Below are positions 62,880-64,000 of a stretch of DNA of 64,000 nucleotides, piece by piece. The translations under genes were made by a program, and so were the position numbers. Source of the stretch: Candidatus Gottesmanbacteria bacterium RBG_16_52_11 (lineage in GTDB: Bacteria; Patescibacteriota; Microgenomatia; UBA10105; UBA927); the NCBI GenBank assembly GCA_001779095.1, contig MFJD01000004.1, positions 173,031 through 237,030 on the forward strand. Reading direction: 5' to 3'. The first letter of the stretch is position 1. Every line of letters begins with the position of its first letter. A model generated the notes under the pieces. The model saw only the letters and a list, made by a program, of their open reading frames with translations. It had not been told where the DNA came from and did not search any database.

Positions 62880-64000
62880 AGGAGACGGGTTAACCCGGAA
62901 GATGACCGCTTCCGGGATGGCGGCGGCTTCATGGAAATTCTCGAGAATGTAGTCTTCTATGACGGTAAACTCCCGGAATGACGGGTCGACCGGCAAAGGT
63001 ATGAGGACGATCTCAACCTGTTTATTTTTCAGCTCCGAGATGACACGCATTTCGATATCCGGCGTATAGATACGGTTGAATCCGAACATTACCGGATAGT
63101 ACGTCGGCGGCTGCGAATCCCTGAGGTAGTAGTACTCCGGCTGGTTGCCGAAAACGTAGAACCGGCCGGCCGGAGGATTTGCCAAGTCCAACAGTCCCAG
63201 AACCCGCCCGGTGCGGGGATTTCGGAACTGGTCGGTCCGTTTCGGAAGCATGTCAAAATATTCGTGAGCGGTTTTGCGGTAGGTAACCAGCAGGAGCCCC
63301 AGTACCAGAACCGCGTAGAGAATCCGGTGGTGGCCTTTCGATTGCGAAATAACGGCGGCGACGAACAGGGAAAAGAAAGCTACTGCCGGAGGCATATGGA
63401 ATTCCTGGCAGCAGGGGACGAAACTCAAAAAAAGCGATACCGTAAGAAATCCCAGGAGAAGCCCCAGAGATCTGATTCTTTTACCGGCGGCAGCGACAGT
63501 CAGACCGGCAACCAATACTATAACCGAGGTAAACAATACGTCGCGGTAAAGCACGTTGGTGGGATGCAGCAGGGCAAACCTGCCCTGGGCCCGGTTAAAC
63601 AGAATCAGGTTATCGACAAACTCCTCTATCCCTCCGGCCAGATAGTAGTAGACAGCGGGCAATAACCAGCCGGCTGCGATGACGAAAAGATAGACTGTCC
63701 GACGGCGCAATATCATCACGGGAATAAGGAGTGCCGCGGCCGTCGGTTTGATAAAGGATGCCAGAAGTATCAGGATAGCGGTCGCGGTGTCAGTCCGTTT
63801 GCCGGGAATTCCGAGCATCAGGAGGTAGACGGTCAGGCAGAAGGCAGTAATGACGGTTTCATCCCAGAGATTGTTCAGATACATCTGATACCCCAGGAGG
63901 AGGTACAAAGCCGTACCGGCGGCAAATCCTGCTGCGCTGGAGGTTTTCCATAAGATTCTCAGCACCAGAAGCAGATTCAGGGTCAGAACCGACAGGTAGA
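62868..64000 (-). CDS. polytopic membrane protein, 5'-truncated by window edge (possible GT-C)
   Basis: The track start at 63965 is a GTG, and the reading frame stays open to the window end (64000), so the true N-terminus lies outside the window. Highly hydrophobic. The C-terminal soluble domain resembles those of the HEPW-family paralogs (..FWYP..-like). Confidence 0.45.
   Translation of the reverse strand, partial: YLSVLTLNLLLVLRILWKTSSAAGFAAGTALYLLLGYQMYLNNLWDETVITAFCLTVYLLMLGIPGKRTDTATAILILLASFIKPTAAALLIPVMILRRRTVYLFVIAAGWLLPAVYYYLAGGIEEFVDNLILFNRAQGRFALLHPTNVLYRDVLFTSVIVLVAGLTVAAAGKRIRSLGLLLGFLTVSLFLSFVPCCQEFHMPPAVAFFSLFVAAVISQSKGHHRILYAVLVLGLLLVTYRKTAHEYFDMLPKRTDQFRNPRTGRVLGLLDLANPPAGRFYVFGNQPEYYYLRDSQPPTYYPVMFGFNRIYTPDIEMRVISELKNKQVEIVLIPLPVDPSFREFTVIEDYILENFHEAAAIPEAVIFRVNPSPSAK

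Noticed and set aside
1-64000. The window was searched for tRNA/rRNA genes, integrases or transposases, and prophage hallmarks.
   Set aside because: No cloverleaf-compatible segments were seen in the few intergenic spaces longer than 100 bp, and there is no recombinase or transposase motif (DDE, Tyr recombinase R..HxxR..Y) in any ORF. The island's mobility cannot be asserted from this window.

Overview
This 64-kb window, roughly 55% GC with several conspicuously AT-rich islands, is almost entirely a very large cell-envelope glycosylation island. It carries about 60 tightly packed genes with no rRNA, tRNA, CRISPR or obvious mobile element.

The content is redundant and modular:
- Five YfhO-like GT-C membrane glycosyltransferases, one of them truncated by the window edge.
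- Three GT39/PMT_2 (ArnT-like) GT-C enzymes.
- A tandem triplet of uncharacterised 'HEPWRDEAHPW' polytopic membrane paralogs.
- Six GT2 polyprenyl-phosphate-sugar-synthase-like enzymes.
- Seven NAD-dependent sugar epimerase/dehydratases.
- Six class I SAM methyltransferases, one fused to a Trm112-like zinc ribbon.
- An acyltransferase-3, a sulfotransferase-like protein, two APH-like kinases, HAD phosphatases and a histidine phosphatase fusion.
- A complete-looking nucleotide-heptose pathway: a GmhA SIS isomerase, a reversed-order HldE-like nucleotidyltransferase-kinase, an epimerase, a HAD phosphatase and a cupin.
- Two separate split transketolase (N+C subunit) pairs that could supply sedoheptulose-7-P to that pathway.

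The signals most worth a second look are:
1. Two copies of a two-gene module encoding small membrane-anchored winged-helix proteins.
2. A recurring ATTATTCTAA motif array immediately upstream of several epimerase genes.
3. A pair of homologous, structure-rich intergenic repeat regions (12791-13428 and 56316-56625) sharing an exact 18-mer, hairpins with compensatory changes and perfect palindromes.
4. TCAAAAG heptanucleotide tandem repeats at two gene 5' regions.
5. A repetitive in-frame insertion in one transketolase N subunit.

The organism cannot be assigned from sequence alone. A TGTGTATAAT extended -10 box and GGAGG-type RBSs suggest a bacterium, possibly an uncultivated lineage with leaderless mRNAs. 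ORF-track start codons include GTG/TTG and are uncertain by tens of nucleotides in several genes.
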